A stretch of DNA of 50,965 nucleotides from Paraspadella gotoi. Lineage: Eukaryota; Animalia; Chaetognatha. This document shows, in pieces, positions 49,501-50,965 of the stretch. The notes below the pieces were generated by a model. It did not search any database, had not been told where the DNA came from, and was given only the letters and a program-made list of their open reading frames with translations. The stretch is taken from the NCBI GenBank assembly GCA_051294375.1, contig CM119271.1, positions 5,183,838-5,234,802 of the forward strand, written 5' to 3'. Each line of letters starts with the position of its first letter. Within the stretch, counting starts at the first letter, position 1. Made by a program: the position numbers and the translations under genes.

Positions 49501-50965
49501 GATTTTTAAGATTTGAGCTGCTAAAAATTAAAACCGAATTAAAACCAAATATATTTCAAAAATCTTTATATCGATATCTGAAAAGATATACATTGATATG
49601 AAATTAATAACATATTAACCGAGAAAGATAATTTATACACGAAAGTACCTTTTAATTCATCCTAATTTAGCGAGCTGAAGCATTTTTTTTGGTTTTAAAG
49701 GAATAAATTTAGCTCCGAGCAAAATCGTCGGCGTGGAAACTTTAAGCGACAAACGTTTTGACATTTTAGGATTTTAGATGAAATTGCTGTTTAGGATTTT
49801 TCCTTCGGTTAAGTTTTGTTTTGATGTGGATATTTTTTTTTCCCAAATTTTTTTTTTAAATGCCGTGCACAATGAAGGTAAGGCGTCTTCTTAGGTAAGT
49901 TTTAATCGCTTCACGGATCCCTTCGGCCCTTTTTTTTTGAATCGCGAAGGATAGAATAAGTTTCTTTTATTTTCCTTAAAAAGGCGGATCATTAGGTACT
50001 TCGCCATTTTGAAAAAGGAAAAAAAAATTTCAAGGAGGAAAGAAAGAACAATAAGCGAGAGGTTAAAACCGCCATCGAGAAAAGCATTCGTCTCTCGAGA
50101 GAAAAAGGAAAGTTGAGAAAATGAAAGCGGAAGGGGGGGGGAAAAAAGAAAGAAATGGAAAAACTAGAAAAGCGAAACAAGGGAAAAGAAAAGAAAAGAA
50201 AAGAAAGAAAAAGCGCGGGAAAAAGTCAAAAGTCGATTCGATGCCGAAACGAAAAAGTCTTAATCGTTTCCTTCGCCTTTTCCAAACCACCTTCTCTTAA
50301 AATTTTGAATGCATTTAAATGAGGCTTATTTTCGCCTCTCTCTCTCTNNNNNNNNNNNNNNNNNNNNNNNNNNNNNNNNNNNNNNNNNNNNNNNNNNNNN
50401 NNNNNNNNNNNNNNNNNNNNNNNNNNNNNNNNNNNNNNNNNNNNNNNNNNNNNNNNNNNNNNNNNNNNNNNNNNNNNNNNNNNNNNNNNNNNNNNNNNNN
50501 NNNNNNNNNNNNNNNNNNNNNNNNNNTTATTTTTTTTTTTCAAAATCCTTTCGGCTTCCGATGGATTTATTGCAAAATGGAAACGAAAAACATTAACTAC
50601 GACCACGGCGGCGATGACGGGAACGATGACGACGACGACAAGGGCGGCTGGCGGCGGCTGGCGGCGGCGGCGGCGTCAGACGCGAAAGGATAAAGCCGTT
50701 GATGACGGCGGCGAAAACCGGTCGCCAATCGCAACCGACAAAGCAATACGAAGTGCATTGATATAATTTTTGAAAAAAAAAAAAAAGCGGAAATATTAAA
50801 AAAAAAACTCACAACCGAGATAAAATTTTTACTAAATATATAATATATATATAATACGGTGAAAAAATAACAGCAGAATATTTAGAGATTTCTGCAGCCG
50901 ATGAATAAATTGTGTTGATCCGCCCAGAAGAAGAGACGAAGCCCGAAGAGGCGAGCCTCGTTGTT

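Overview
Repeat-rich eukaryotic (animal-like) scaffold with many N gaps and abundant (GA)n, (GAC/GTC)n, (CAT)n and (CAAT)n microsatellites. Pervasive small indels suggest poorly polished long-read sequence, so most ORFs in the track are N-run or microsatellite artefacts. The best-supported features are: (1) an intronless 2'-5' oligoadenylate synthetase (OAS)-like nucleotidyltransferase gene at about 43317-44899 (+), broken by about 4 frameshifts; (2) about 0.6 kb upstream of it, a 200-bp insertion flanked by a 13-bp target-site duplication, containing a 67-bp perfect inverted repeat and a minimal Penelope-type hammerhead ribozyme; (3) a probable fragmented, possibly intron-containing hAT transposase on the minus strand (about 11.0-17.65 kb); (4) degenerate LINE reverse-transcriptase relics (4-10.8 kb, minus strand); (5) an inverted duplication with about 4.7-kb arms (22.0-26.8 kb vs 27.7-32.4 kb); (6) five copies of a Helentron/DINE-1-like non-autonomous repeat; (7) two copies of a SINE-like repeat, several minisatellites, and an isolated, highly structured 160-nt GC-rich RNA candidate at 41.3 kb. 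All homology calls come from manual motif reading; no database search was run.
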